DNA of 64,000 bases from assembly GCA_963662795.1 (NCBI GenBank), contig OY759746.1, positions 3,456,001 to 3,520,000 of the forward strand, read 5' to 3'. This DNA is from Spirochaetia bacterium. Lineage in GTDB: Bacteria; Spirochaetota; Spirochaetia; CADAEX01. Of the stretch, positions 51,980 to 60,583 are shown piece by piece. A program made the translations under genes and the position numbers. The notes below the pieces were generated by a model. It saw only the letters and a list, made by a program, of their open reading frames with translations. It was not told the origin of the DNA and searched no databases. Position 1 is the stretch's first letter. Each line of letters opens with the position of its first letter.

Positions 51980-54613
51980 CTATTCCTTAATAAAGTACTG
52001 GGCAACTGCCAATGTCGCAATAGGAACTGAATAGGTAGAGCATGAAACATAATTAAGCCCGGCCCCTATACAGAATTCAATATTAACAGGAACAGCTCCC
52101 TGTTCCCCGCATAAACCCATAACTATATCAGGTCTTGTCATTTTTCCTCTTCTTACAGCTGTCTGTACAAGTTCCTGAACGTTTGGATCAAGTATTTCAA
52201 ACGGATTGGCCGGTATAATATCAAACTGGGTATAATCCGGCATAAAATTATTGAAATCATCGCGGGATAGGCCAAGAGTTGTTTGAGTGAGGTCATTTGT
52301 CCCGAAAGAGAAAAATTCTGCATACTTGGCGATATCTCCGGCGCTCAGCGCTGCTGCAGGAAGTTCTATCATTGTTCCTATTTTGTATTCAACAGGTTTA
52401 GCTTTTAATGACTCTCTGACCTGAAGTTCAACTTCCGTTAGACCTTTAATTGCTGTCCCTTCAATTTTCTTTCCGTAAACTATGGTTTTTAATTCCTCAG
52501 TATTCATAATAATTGGAATCATTATTTCAGGGTTAACCTTAACTCCCTCTTTTTGCAGTGAATACACTGATTCAAAAAGGGCTGTAACCTGCATTTCGTA
52601 TATTTCAGGATAAGAAATTGCAATTCTGCATCCCCGATGACCAAGCATTGGATTAAACTCGCTTAAACCGTCACATAACAGGGCTATCTCTTTTTGAGTT
52701 ATTTTTTGATAACCTTTCTGGGTTTTAAGATACTTAATAAAATCATCCATTTCTTTAGCATTATGCGGAAGAAATTCATGCAAAGGTGCGTCAAGAAGCC
52801 TTATTGTTACTTCTTTGCCCTCCATGATTTTTAATATTTTATAAAAATCATCTTTCTGCATATTTTTAAGCCGCAAAAGAGATTTTGCCCTTTTTTCCTT
52901 ATTGTCAGAAAGAATCATTTCACGGAAAACATTAATTCTTTTTTCATTGAAAAACATGTGTTCAGTTCTGCACAATCCGACACCTTCTGCACCGAATTTT
53001 TTTGCAAGCGAACAATCGCGCGGATTGTCTGCGTTTACCCTGACATGGAATTCCTTGTTATATTTTTTAGCAATCTGGATGAGTTTTTCAATTCCTGAGG
53101 ATGCAAAATCAGGTTCAATAAGTGTTGATTTACCGATATAAATTTCAGGACTTCCATAATGAGGAATATTCAGGGTAACATAATCACCTTCATTAAGCGT
53201 TACATCGTCAATGGTAATTTTATTTCCTTTGAATTTCATTTCAGGTTTAACAAGCGAAACTTTTCCATATTGCCGCGCAACAACAGACGCATGCGCAGCG
53301 TATCCGCCTTCTGAAGATAAAACACCGGATGCAACTTCGATGGCTTTAACATCTTCAGCAAAAGTAGCTTTCATGCAAAGTATGAAATTTGTATCAAGTC
53401 CCTGCTGCATTGCGACCTTGTTGGCATCAAGAAGAGCTTCTGTGGTAAAAAAGATCCTTCCTATTGCCGCCCCGGGAGCTCCGGTAATACCTCCGACAAG
53501 CTTTTTAAAACCTTTAGTTGAAGTGATATCAATGATTGGATGAAGTATTTCATTAAGCTGTTCAGGTTTTATTGCATTTAAAAAATATTTATCATCAATA
53601 AGTTTTCTATCGTGCAGATCAAGCAATGTAATTATCTCAGATTTAACCGATTTGTTAAGTACGTCCCTTTGATCAACAAGCCATAGTTTGCTGTTTTCAA
53701 TGGTAAAGCGGATATGTCTTATATCCTTAAAATGATCTTCCACAGTTCTGGCAATTTTATCCAGTTTAGAAAAATTCGATTTGTCAATCTTTGTAATATC
53801 TTTGCCTTTTACACCTGTAAAGTCAAAAGTATTCTGGAAATATTCTCCAAACAATACTTTATCTCCATTGATAATATTTCTTGTATAAAAGGAACCGCTG
53901 CATGATGTATTGCCTGTATTACCGTATACCATTGCAGAAACGCCAATTGCTGTATCGTTATCATTCATCTCATCAATTTTAAGCAGATAACTTACTCTTG
54001 ATATTGCATAGTCAAGCTGTTCATATGCATCTTCGAAAAAACTTTCCGGTAAAATTCCTTTTACCATCTCATAAAGTTTCTCAAGATCTTTTTCAGAAAC
54101 ACTTTTGTTGATTTTTCCGCTTATAAAATCAATTATTGTGTTGATTTTTATTGATTCCTTCTCTTTCTCTTCAATTTTTAATATTTTATCTTCAATGATG
54201 AGCAGTCCTTTTACCATAAAAAAAAGTTCGTTGTTGGAAAATTCACTGCCTACCATTTTGCTGAAACCATGAAGCGTCTTTTTTGTCAATCCGAAATTGT
54301 GCAGCGCCGGATAACTGCTTGTTATAATCAGGTTTGGGCTGATTACAATCTTTAAAGTCAAGGGTTTAGTTTCAGCGTCATATTTCTTCCCCATTTTATT
54401 TTCTACTTTGGAAATAAATGGTTTTATATATTTTATTATCTGACCGGTTTCAATAGAAGAAGCTACATCAGAGTCAATTGCGAATCCCGGAATTACAGGT
54501 AAATTCAGTTCTGCGAAATTATTTGCTTCTCTTATTCTTAACCCAATTTTTTCAAGTATTGATGAATTCTTTATAAATTCTTCTTTACAAAAAAAATGAA
54601 TATTATTTTTCAT
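51980..54613 (-). CDS. Pyruvate phosphate dikinase-like PEP-utilising protein with degenerate nucleotide-binding domain
   Basis: Retained: GGYAAH(441)ASVVAR, GLCRTEHMF, TIRLLDAPLHEFLP, NPMLGHRGCR, GTMIELP, FSFGTNDLTQ, GLCGE. N-domain catalytic motifs are altered (see findings). Confidence 0.9.
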   Translation of the reverse strand: MKNNIHFFCKEEFIKNSSILEKIGLRIREANNFAELNLPVIPGFAIDSDVASSIETGQIIKYIKPFISKVENKMGKKYDAETKPLTLKIVISPNLIITSSYPALHNFGLTKKTLHGFSKMVGSEFSNNELFFMVKGLLIIEDKILKIEEKEKESIKINTIIDFISGKINKSVSEKDLEKLYEMVKGILPESFFEDAYEQLDYAISRVSYLLKIDEMNDNDTAIGVSAMVYGNTGNTSCSGSFYTRNIINGDKVLFGEYFQNTFDFTGVKGKDITKIDKSNFSKLDKIARTVEDHFKDIRHIRFTIENSKLWLVDQRDVLNKSVKSEIITLLDLHDRKLIDDKYFLNAIKPEQLNEILHPIIDITSTKGFKKLVGGITGAPGAAIGRIFFTTEALLDANKVAMQQGLDTNFILCMKATFAEDVKAIEVASGVLSSEGGYAAHASVVARQYGKVSLVKPEMKFKGNKITIDDVTLNEGDYVTLNIPHYGSPEIYIGKSTLIEPDFASSGIEKLIQIAKKYNKEFHVRVNADNPRDCSLAKKFGAEGVGLCRTEHMFFNEKRINVFREMILSDNKEKRAKSLLRLKNMQKDDFYKILKIMEGKEVTIRLLDAPLHEFLPHNAKEMDDFIKYLKTQKGYQKITQKEIALLCDGLSEFNPMLGHRGCRIAISYPEIYEMQVTALFESVYSLQKEGVKVNPEIMIPIIMNTEELKTIVYGKKIEGTAIKGLTEVELQVRESLKAKPVEYKIGTMIELPAAALSAGDIAKYAEFFSFGTNDLTQTTLGLSRDDFNNFMPDYTQFDIIPANPFEILDPNVQELVQTAVRRGKMTRPDIVMGLCGEQGAVPVNIEFCIGAGLNYVSCSTYSVPIATLAVAQYFIKE

Positions 54614-54633
54614 TTAAAAAGCCTCTTCTTTAT

Positions 54634-55683
54634 TTAGAATAGTCTCAAAACAGTGTTAACAGGGTATTTCAAAAAATCTTCAAATCTATGACTTGCGCCC
54701 TGTCTAAAATATCTTTGAAGTTTGGCTACATCCTGAATATCTCTTCCTGATACTGCAAACATGATTGCACTGCCATGTTTAACCTTACCCCATTTGAAAA
54801 GTGTATTTATATCGTGGATTCTTTCACCTTCATAGAAAATTATGACATCTGCACCTGGATATTTTGCTTTATAACTTCCTATGATCCTTTTCCACGCTTC
54901 AACATTTCCGTTGTGAAAAAGTTCATTGGTAACAGGGACAGCATACAGAGGCGTCATTCTTACAGGTCCGCTTCCGGTTGATGCAGGGACAGGTGCTGCT
55001 GCTTTCGATGCCTGCTGTGGTGCAGAGGCCGATTCTTTTACTTCAGCTCCGGAAGATTTTTGTGCTGTTTTATTTACCGATTTTTTAGTTGTACTCTTTT
55101 TTACCTGTGCTGTATTTTTTGGTGCCGGTTTCGTTTTTAAAACTTTAACTTTATATTTCCCGTCTAAAACCTGAGCAGGAACCTTTGGTTTTTTATTTTC
55201 AAATATTTTTATTATTTCTTCGATTACTTTTAAAGAATATTTATTCCCGTTTTTACCTGAATAATCGCCTGCATAAATTGTAAGTATTTCATATTTTTTA
55301 AATTCCGAAGTCAGCTGAAGACTTTCAAGTCTTTTCGGATTAATAACAAGATATCCAATGTTGGGATTATGATAACCAAAAACAATATCTATACCCGACC
55401 ATTTGGAAACTTCTTCCTGAATCTTGCTGAAATCAGTTATGGTTTCTTTTAAATTAATTGATTTAAAGGAATAATTATATTTATCAACAAGAAGGGAGTT
55501 AATTACAGGTAAAAGCTGATGCTGTTCGAGTTCCCCTTCCTGCAGATTTTTATTCAAAATATCTGCAATATTGTTGTAATCTTCAAATTCATTTATTGCT
55601 GAAAGTACAGAATTAAAATGGTTTAACGATTTATTAAAACCATCACGCGTATAAAAGCGCTCAAATTCTTTTATATCAGTCAT
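54634..55683 (-). CDS. Hypothetical protein: N-terminal domain, K/A/P-rich linker, C-terminal putative HPr-like domain
   Basis: 349-aa ORF between cfpA and the PPDK-like gene with an AGGTG RBS. The HPr similarity is a by-eye alignment only. Confidence 0.75.
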   Translation of the reverse strand: MTDIKEFERFYTRDGFNKSLNHFNSVLSAINEFEDYNNIADILNKNLQEGELEQHQLLPVINSLLVDKYNYSFKSINLKETITDFSKIQEEVSKWSGIDIVFGYHNPNIGYLVINPKRLESLQLTSEFKKYEILTIYAGDYSGKNGNKYSLKVIEEIIKIFENKKPKVPAQVLDGKYKVKVLKTKPAPKNTAQVKKSTTKKSVNKTAQKSSGAEVKESASAPQQASKAAAPVPASTGSGPVRMTPLYAVPVTNELFHNGNVEAWKRIIGSYKAKYPGADVIIFYEGERIHDINTLFKWGKVKHGSAIMFAVSGRDIQDVAKLQRYFRQGASHRFEDFLKYPVNTVLRLF

Positions 55684-55709
55684 GGAATTTTCACCTGCCT
55701 TATGAATGG

Positions 55710-55739
55710 CCCGGAAAAGTTCTATCGAACTTTTCCGGG
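55710..55739 (-). promoter_or_regulatory. Perfect 13-bp hairpin after cfpA, no U-tract (mRNA stabiliser or partial attenuator)
   Basis: CCCGGAAAAGTTC-4 nt-GAACTTTTCCGGG, followed on the minus strand by CCATTCATAAGG. Confidence 0.65.
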
Positions 55740-55751
55740 ATTAAATTGAAA

Positions 55752-57788
55752 TTAAATTGTAGTTAATTTATTGCCTGAACGTTTTCTCGTAGTAGTTTTT
55801 TTCTTTGAATTATCAACAACGCCGGTTGATTTTCTTTTTTCCTTTGCCGGTTTTGCTTTTGTAACTGCGAGTGCAGGTGCCGGGGATTCATTGTCAATGG
55901 TACTGTTCAGAAGATCAAGATAACTTTGTCCTTTATCTTCTTCTTCGCCTTCAGCAAGTTCAGTAGAGAAAGACTGACTGATATCTCCCCTGACAGTTGA
56001 CCTTCTTCGTGAGAATGAAGCAAACGCAGCATCCTGGAATCCTTTGGAAACACCATAAAGGAATTCATTGAGGACATTTGCCATACCGTCAAGTGTAGCT
56101 TTCTTTCTTTTTACTGATGTAATATCAAGATCAAAAAGAAGACCGGGCTGAATATGATAAGGATTTATAATATAATCATAATTGTTGAATTGTGCTTCAA
56201 GCTTTTCAAGCCTTTCTTCCATAACACGGCGCTGAATCGGATACTTATAGCCGTACATATCATGGAGTCTATTCTTCATAAGAACAAATCTCTTTTTAAT
56301 TTTATCCTTTTCAAAAATATATGTTCTGTTCAGCTCTTCTACACTTGTTTCAGCAGCCCTGATAAAAGAAACTTCATCCCAGACTTTCTCAATATTTTCA
56401 TAAAGAGGATCGCCTGTTTTTGCTTTGATGGTTTTTGCTATCTTGTTTTTATATGCTTTTGCAAGATCTTCAAAATCTGTTACACCCTTGAATCTCTTGG
56501 CATCCTGATAAACCATTTCAAGGATATCCCAAAGATGCTCTACTTCAACTTCAAAAGACTTGATCTGTACATCATAAGCTTTCTGTTCTTCAATAAGCTG
56601 TGCATTATCGTAATATCTCATTCGGATCTGATATCTTTCATCAGGAAGATGTTTTGCATCAGTATCTTCATATTCCCTGATCAACAGCTCTCTTCCGTTT
56701 TTCAGGTTTTCAATATACTGATAACCCATTTTTGAAGTATCAAGAATTGAGGTTATTGAATTGATTGCAGTGTTGTAGCCTCTGTTTCTGATATTTTCTA
56801 TATCAATTATCTTTTTAAGGTTTTCACGTACATTCAGCTGATCAAAAGACTCCGGCGGAATCTCTGCCCTTAATCCGTCAATAGCATCCATAAGATTTTT
56901 AGCAACAAGATTAAATCTCTTTGATTTGGGGTTATTCTTGTCATCATCAGTAAGGGTTTCCACCTTTTTCATCTTCTCAAAGATTATTTCACTATCGGTA
57001 AACTCTTCTTTACCTTCATCAATGAGCTGGTCTTTCAGTTTTTCAATCTCTGCATCAAGAATATCTGTGATGTTTTTCGAGATCAATTCCTTGATAAGAT
57101 ATTCAACTGTAGCCTGATAATGAAAAATCGGGCTGATCAGTTCTGAATCAAGGATATTAACAGACATTTTTACATCGCAAACAGTTTTTGGTTTGTAAAT
57201 ATTGTCTTTAAATGCACATTTCACAACAGAGTATGCATTTTCACCTCTGATAAACGCACCTACATCTGTTTTCTGCCGTAAAAGTGAGTTTGTGAGGTTT
57301 TCCAGATCGTTAACACCCCTCTGGATATGTCCCTGAAGGTGTCCGTACATGTTGACGATAGATTTTTCAATCTCACCGGTATTGAACTTATCCATACCGC
57401 CAACTTCATCAAGAAGTGTTGCAATTTCCTTAGGTGTATACCTGTTAAGAACCTGCATTTCCTGTTTGTCTATAAAATTCCTGACTCTTTTTACCATTTC
57501 ATCTTCAGTAGTAACAATATATCTATTGAACATATTCTGGTAGTTCTGGTTAAAATAGTTATAGACTTTTTCTTTAAGTCCACCCATTACATCAATTTTT
57601 TCCACAACTTCAAGTGGAAGTTTTGAAGTAACATGGTTTATTACTTTGTCTACTTCTTCTGCAAGAAGTCTGTCAACTTCGGCCTGCTGATCCCTGCTTT
57701 CCTGAGCGAGAGAGTTTCTAGATCCTACAGCACTCGGCTTCTCTGGGTGGAATACCATCGGGCTTTTTGGAAGATCAATACTTGCCAT
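55752..57788 (-). CDS. cfpA: Cytoplasmic filament protein CfpA
   Basis: 678 aa coiled-coil-rich protein. N-terminus [30 protein letters not shown] and C-terminal [17 protein letters not shown] match treponemal CfpA as I recall it; AAGGAG RBS. Confidence 0.9.
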   Translation of the reverse strand: MASIDLPKSPMVFHPEKPSAVGSRNSLAQESRDQQAEVDRLLAEEVDKVINHVTSKLPLEVVEKIDVMGGLKEKVYNYFNQNYQNMFNRYIVTTEDEMVKRVRNFIDKQEMQVLNRYTPKEIATLLDEVGGMDKFNTGEIEKSIVNMYGHLQGHIQRGVNDLENLTNSLLRQKTDVGAFIRGENAYSVVKCAFKDNIYKPKTVCDVKMSVNILDSELISPIFHYQATVEYLIKELISKNITDILDAEIEKLKDQLIDEGKEEFTDSEIIFEKMKKVETLTDDDKNNPKSKRFNLVAKNLMDAIDGLRAEIPPESFDQLNVRENLKKIIDIENIRNRGYNTAINSITSILDTSKMGYQYIENLKNGRELLIREYEDTDAKHLPDERYQIRMRYYDNAQLIEEQKAYDVQIKSFEVEVEHLWDILEMVYQDAKRFKGVTDFEDLAKAYKNKIAKTIKAKTGDPLYENIEKVWDEVSFIRAAETSVEELNRTYIFEKDKIKKRFVLMKNRLHDMYGYKYPIQRRVMEERLEKLEAQFNNYDYIINPYHIQPGLLFDLDITSVKRKKATLDGMANVLNEFLYGVSKGFQDAAFASFSRRRSTVRGDISQSFSTELAEGEEEDKGQSYLDLLNSTIDNESPAPALAVTKAKPAKEKRKSTGVVDNSKKKTTTRKRSGNKLTTI

Positions 57789-57818
57789 AATACTCTCCTT
57801 AATTATGCTTACTAATAT

Positions 57819-57867
57819 AGAATATCAATAACTTCACAAAAATGTAAAGCATGTTTTTTTTTTTTTT
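57819..57867 (-). promoter_or_regulatory. Putative cfpA promoter with an A14 tract at the UP-element position
   Basis: TTTACA-18 nt-TATTCT with TGn; T14 on the plus strand at 57854-57867. Confidence 0.5.
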
Positions 57868-58010
57868 ACTTTTTATTATTACAATAGTTTTCTATAATAA
57901 TATTAAATAACAGTTTAATATTATTTATTAAGATTATAAACAATTGAACAATATAATACAAACACATTTTTATTAAACTGCTAAAATATCTTGACAGGAA
58001 AGGAAGCGAA

Positions 58011-59441
58011 ATGAAGAAGCATATTTTTTTGTTTATGTTTATTATGCTATTTTTGCGATTTCCGGTTTTTTCCGACAACAGGGAAGAAAATATTGATGTT
58101 TTTATTGTTCTGGATAAATCCTTGTCAATGGAAGATAAAATCGGGGCTGTAAGCGGTTATATAAACACATATATAGTGGACAGAATTATAATACCCGGCG
58201 ACATGCTTTATATACTGGATTTTTATGGAAAAACAGAAATTCTGATAAATTCCGAAATAACTGATGAAAATCACAAAACAGAAATCAAGAATACTATAAA
58301 AGAGGTAAAGGCAGACGGCAGATTTACAGATATCGGCAATGCACTTGACGGTTTGTCCGAAATAATACCCAGGTATGAGAATAACGGAAGATTAAAATAT
58401 ATGCTCCTTATAACTGACGGCAAACAGGAAGCTCCTCCTGAAAGCATATATTACAGTCCGGATGGAAGTTTCAATCACAGGTTTCTTGAGCATACAAGGA
58501 CAATTGAAAAACAGGGCTGGAAAATACAGGTTCTGGGTATAGGCAATAATACAGATGCTAAGGCGATAGCGGAAAAACTTTCAGCCGCTTATTCAGAAGT
58601 CGAGGCTCCCGCCGATTCATCAGATGAAGCATCTGAGAAATTAATTAAAGATATGATATCAGAAACAGAAGATTTTCTTACCGTTTTCAGCATAACTTCA
58701 CCGCCCGAAATAATTTACAAAGGTTTTTTCCAGAAATCATTTATGGTAATAACTATTGAAACATCAAATCTTGAAACAGAGAAACTGGTTAAATTGTCAT
58801 CAATGTATCTTAAAACTGATACTTTATCTGAAACCGACATTCTTGAGACAAGAAAATCTATTGAATTTACTGAAAATGGTATCAGAGAGGTACAGATCCC
58901 TGTAATTATTCCGTCTGCCCTTGAACCTGGAAAAGTTAATGGCAGTTTACGAATTTATTATAACAGTCATGATAATTTGACACCTTCAATACTTGATATT
59001 ACTTTTAAAAACAAAGGGATTTTAAGCAGGTTTTTTCTTCATTTTTCAGCAGTCGGAATTCTGCTGATTTTTTTATTATTTTTACTGCTTAAAAAAAGAT
59101 CAACGCCGGTTCTTTCTGTCAAGAAAGAAGGCTCAGGAAAAGAAATTGCTTTTTACTGCTATGTAGACGGCAGTAAACTGCAGGAACTGCCTTTTATACT
59201 CGGGAACCAGGATAAACTGTATCTAAACCTTTCTCCTGCCGGATTCATAAATTTTACAAAACAAAAACTTGCAACAACAAAAGCGTTTCTTACGGCAAAA
59301 GGCAATATGATTTCAATGGAGGTAATCGATAAATCATTTATTGAGGGGCCCAAAAATGTATTTGATAATATTCTTGAAAAAAGCTTTAATTTTATGAAAA
59401 AAAACGGTAAACATCTATTGATCAATTTCAAGAGGAAATAA
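58011..59441 (+). CDS. vWA-domain membrane protein (Tp0750-like)
   Basis: Signal peptide, IVLDKSLS MIDAS, FTDIGNAL, LLITDGKQEAPP, TM helix; divergent from cfpA. Confidence 0.85.
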   Translation: MKKHIFLFMFIMLFLRFPVFSDNREENIDVFIVLDKSLSMEDKIGAVSGYINTYIVDRIIIPGDMLYILDFYGKTEILINSEITDENHKTEIKNTIKEVKADGRFTDIGNALDGLSEIIPRYENNGRLKYMLLITDGKQEAPPESIYYSPDGSFNHRFLEHTRTIEKQGWKIQVLGIGNNTDAKAIAEKLSAAYSEVEAPADSSDEASEKLIKDMISETEDFLTVFSITSPPEIIYKGFFQKSFMVITIETSNLETEKLVKLSSMYLKTDTLSETDILETRKSIEFTENGIREVQIPVIIPSALEPGKVNGSLRIYYNSHDNLTPSILDITFKNKGILSRFFLHFSAVGILLIFLLFLLLKKRSTPVLSVKKEGSGKEIAFYCYVDGSKLQELPFILGNQDKLYLNLSPAGFINFTKQKLATTKAFLTAKGNMISMEVIDKSFIEGPKNVFDNILEKSFNFMKKNGKHLLINFKRK

Positions 59442-60583
59442 TGCATATAACTTCTTTATTCATAGACCGGGGCTATTTTAACAAAAAAAATATTCCAGGA
59501 TTTTCATCTGAATTCTCATTATCAGCTTTTCCATTTTGGGGAGAATACAACTTTTTGGATTTTGCCTACTACAACACTATTCTGCCAATTGATAATACTG
59601 AAATCAGAAGACTTCTGCTGTGTAATAAAAATGTTAAAAAAAATGCCTTTGCATCGCTTTCCCGATGGGATGACGCTATGGCTGAAATACTTTCAATTGA
59701 TTCGGAAATGGATTTTGTTTCAGAGCTCGCTTCCCTACTTGCCGGAGATTATGTACTGCTTTACGATATTAATCATGCTTCACTGATCTCAGAAACCGGC
59801 AAAAAAAAGATTCTTGAAATAACTGAATCCCTGGATAGCGATGAAATTGTAAAATTGTCTATAAATAATGTTCCTGTTGATATTTATCTTTCGCCGGTAA
59901 ACCATTTTATAGAATTACTTGAAAAAAACCGGAATTTAATGGAAAAAGAAAAAAAGTTTATTGAAACCCTTGTAGATGAAATAATGATTGGATGTTTTGA
60001 CCAGACAATTAATGTTGAAGGTAATGTATATTTCAACAGCACAATTACACAGTTTTACGAGAACAACATTGCACTTCTATATGACGGTGAATCGAATCTT
60101 ATGAACAATTTCCTTGCTGCTGCGCCGGAACCGGCAGAAAAAGATTCATTTATCAATAAAAACAGCATGGTGATAAATTCAATTATTTCTTCAAATGTAA
60201 AAATTGAAGGGTATGTTGAAAATTCGATAATATTTTCCGATGTGGTGATAAAAAATAACGCAAAAATAATTAATTCAGTAATATTAAACGGTAATCAGAT
60301 TGGAAAAGATGTGCTGATATCCAATGCTCTTGTTTTTCCCAATTCCAAAAACCCTGGCAGTATTTCAAATATACAGGAAAAATCTGTTATCGGAGGTAAT
60401 TCGAAAAAGGCGGTGAATATTTCTTATCCTGATCAAATCTATAATGGACTTACTTTTTTGGGGGCCAATCCTAACACACCTAAAAATTTCAGTATAGAAC
60501 CGGGGGGATACATGGGTGCAGATATACCATCCGTTAAACTGAAAAAGAATAATAAAATTGCCAGAAACGGTTCATTAGAATGA
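59441..60583 (+). CDS. Degenerate GlgC/GlgD-like protein (sugar-phosphate nucleotidyltransferase fold + left-handed beta helix)
   Basis: AFPFWGEYNFLDFAYYN resembles PFGGKYRIIDF; C-terminal NSIIS..VKIEGYVENSIIFSDVVI hexapeptide repeats. No GxGxRL motif. Confidence 0.6.
   Translation: MHITSLFIDRGYFNKKNIPGFSSEFSLSAFPFWGEYNFLDFAYYNTILPIDNTEIRRLLLCNKNVKKNAFASLSRWDDAMAEILSIDSEMDFVSELASLLAGDYVLLYDINHASLISETGKKKILEITESLDSDEIVKLSINNVPVDIYLSPVNHFIELLEKNRNLMEKEKKFIETLVDEIMIGCFDQTINVEGNVYFNSTITQFYENNIALLYDGESNLMNNFLAAAPEPAEKDSFINKNSMVINSIISSNVKIEGYVENSIIFSDVVIKNNAKIINSVILNGNQIGKDVLISNALVFPNSKNPGSISNIQEKSVIGGNSKKAVNISYPDQIYNGLTFLGANPNTPKNFSIEPGGYMGADIPSVKLKKNNKIARNGSLE

Noticed and set aside
51980-54613. 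PPDK pseudogene, or plain canonical ppdK
   Set aside because: The ORF is full-length with no frameshift and an intact C-terminal active site, so not a pseudogene; loss of ATP-grasp residues argues against a canonical enzyme.
56154-56735. 193-aa plus-strand ORF and the many other short antisense/nested ORFs in the track
   Set aside because: They lie opposite or within well-supported genes, have Phe/Ile-biased shadow composition, and show no motifs.
57866-58078. 70-aa minus-strand ORF upstream of cfpA
   Set aside because: Spans the AT-rich divergent promoter region and overlaps the vWA gene start antisense; no RBS.
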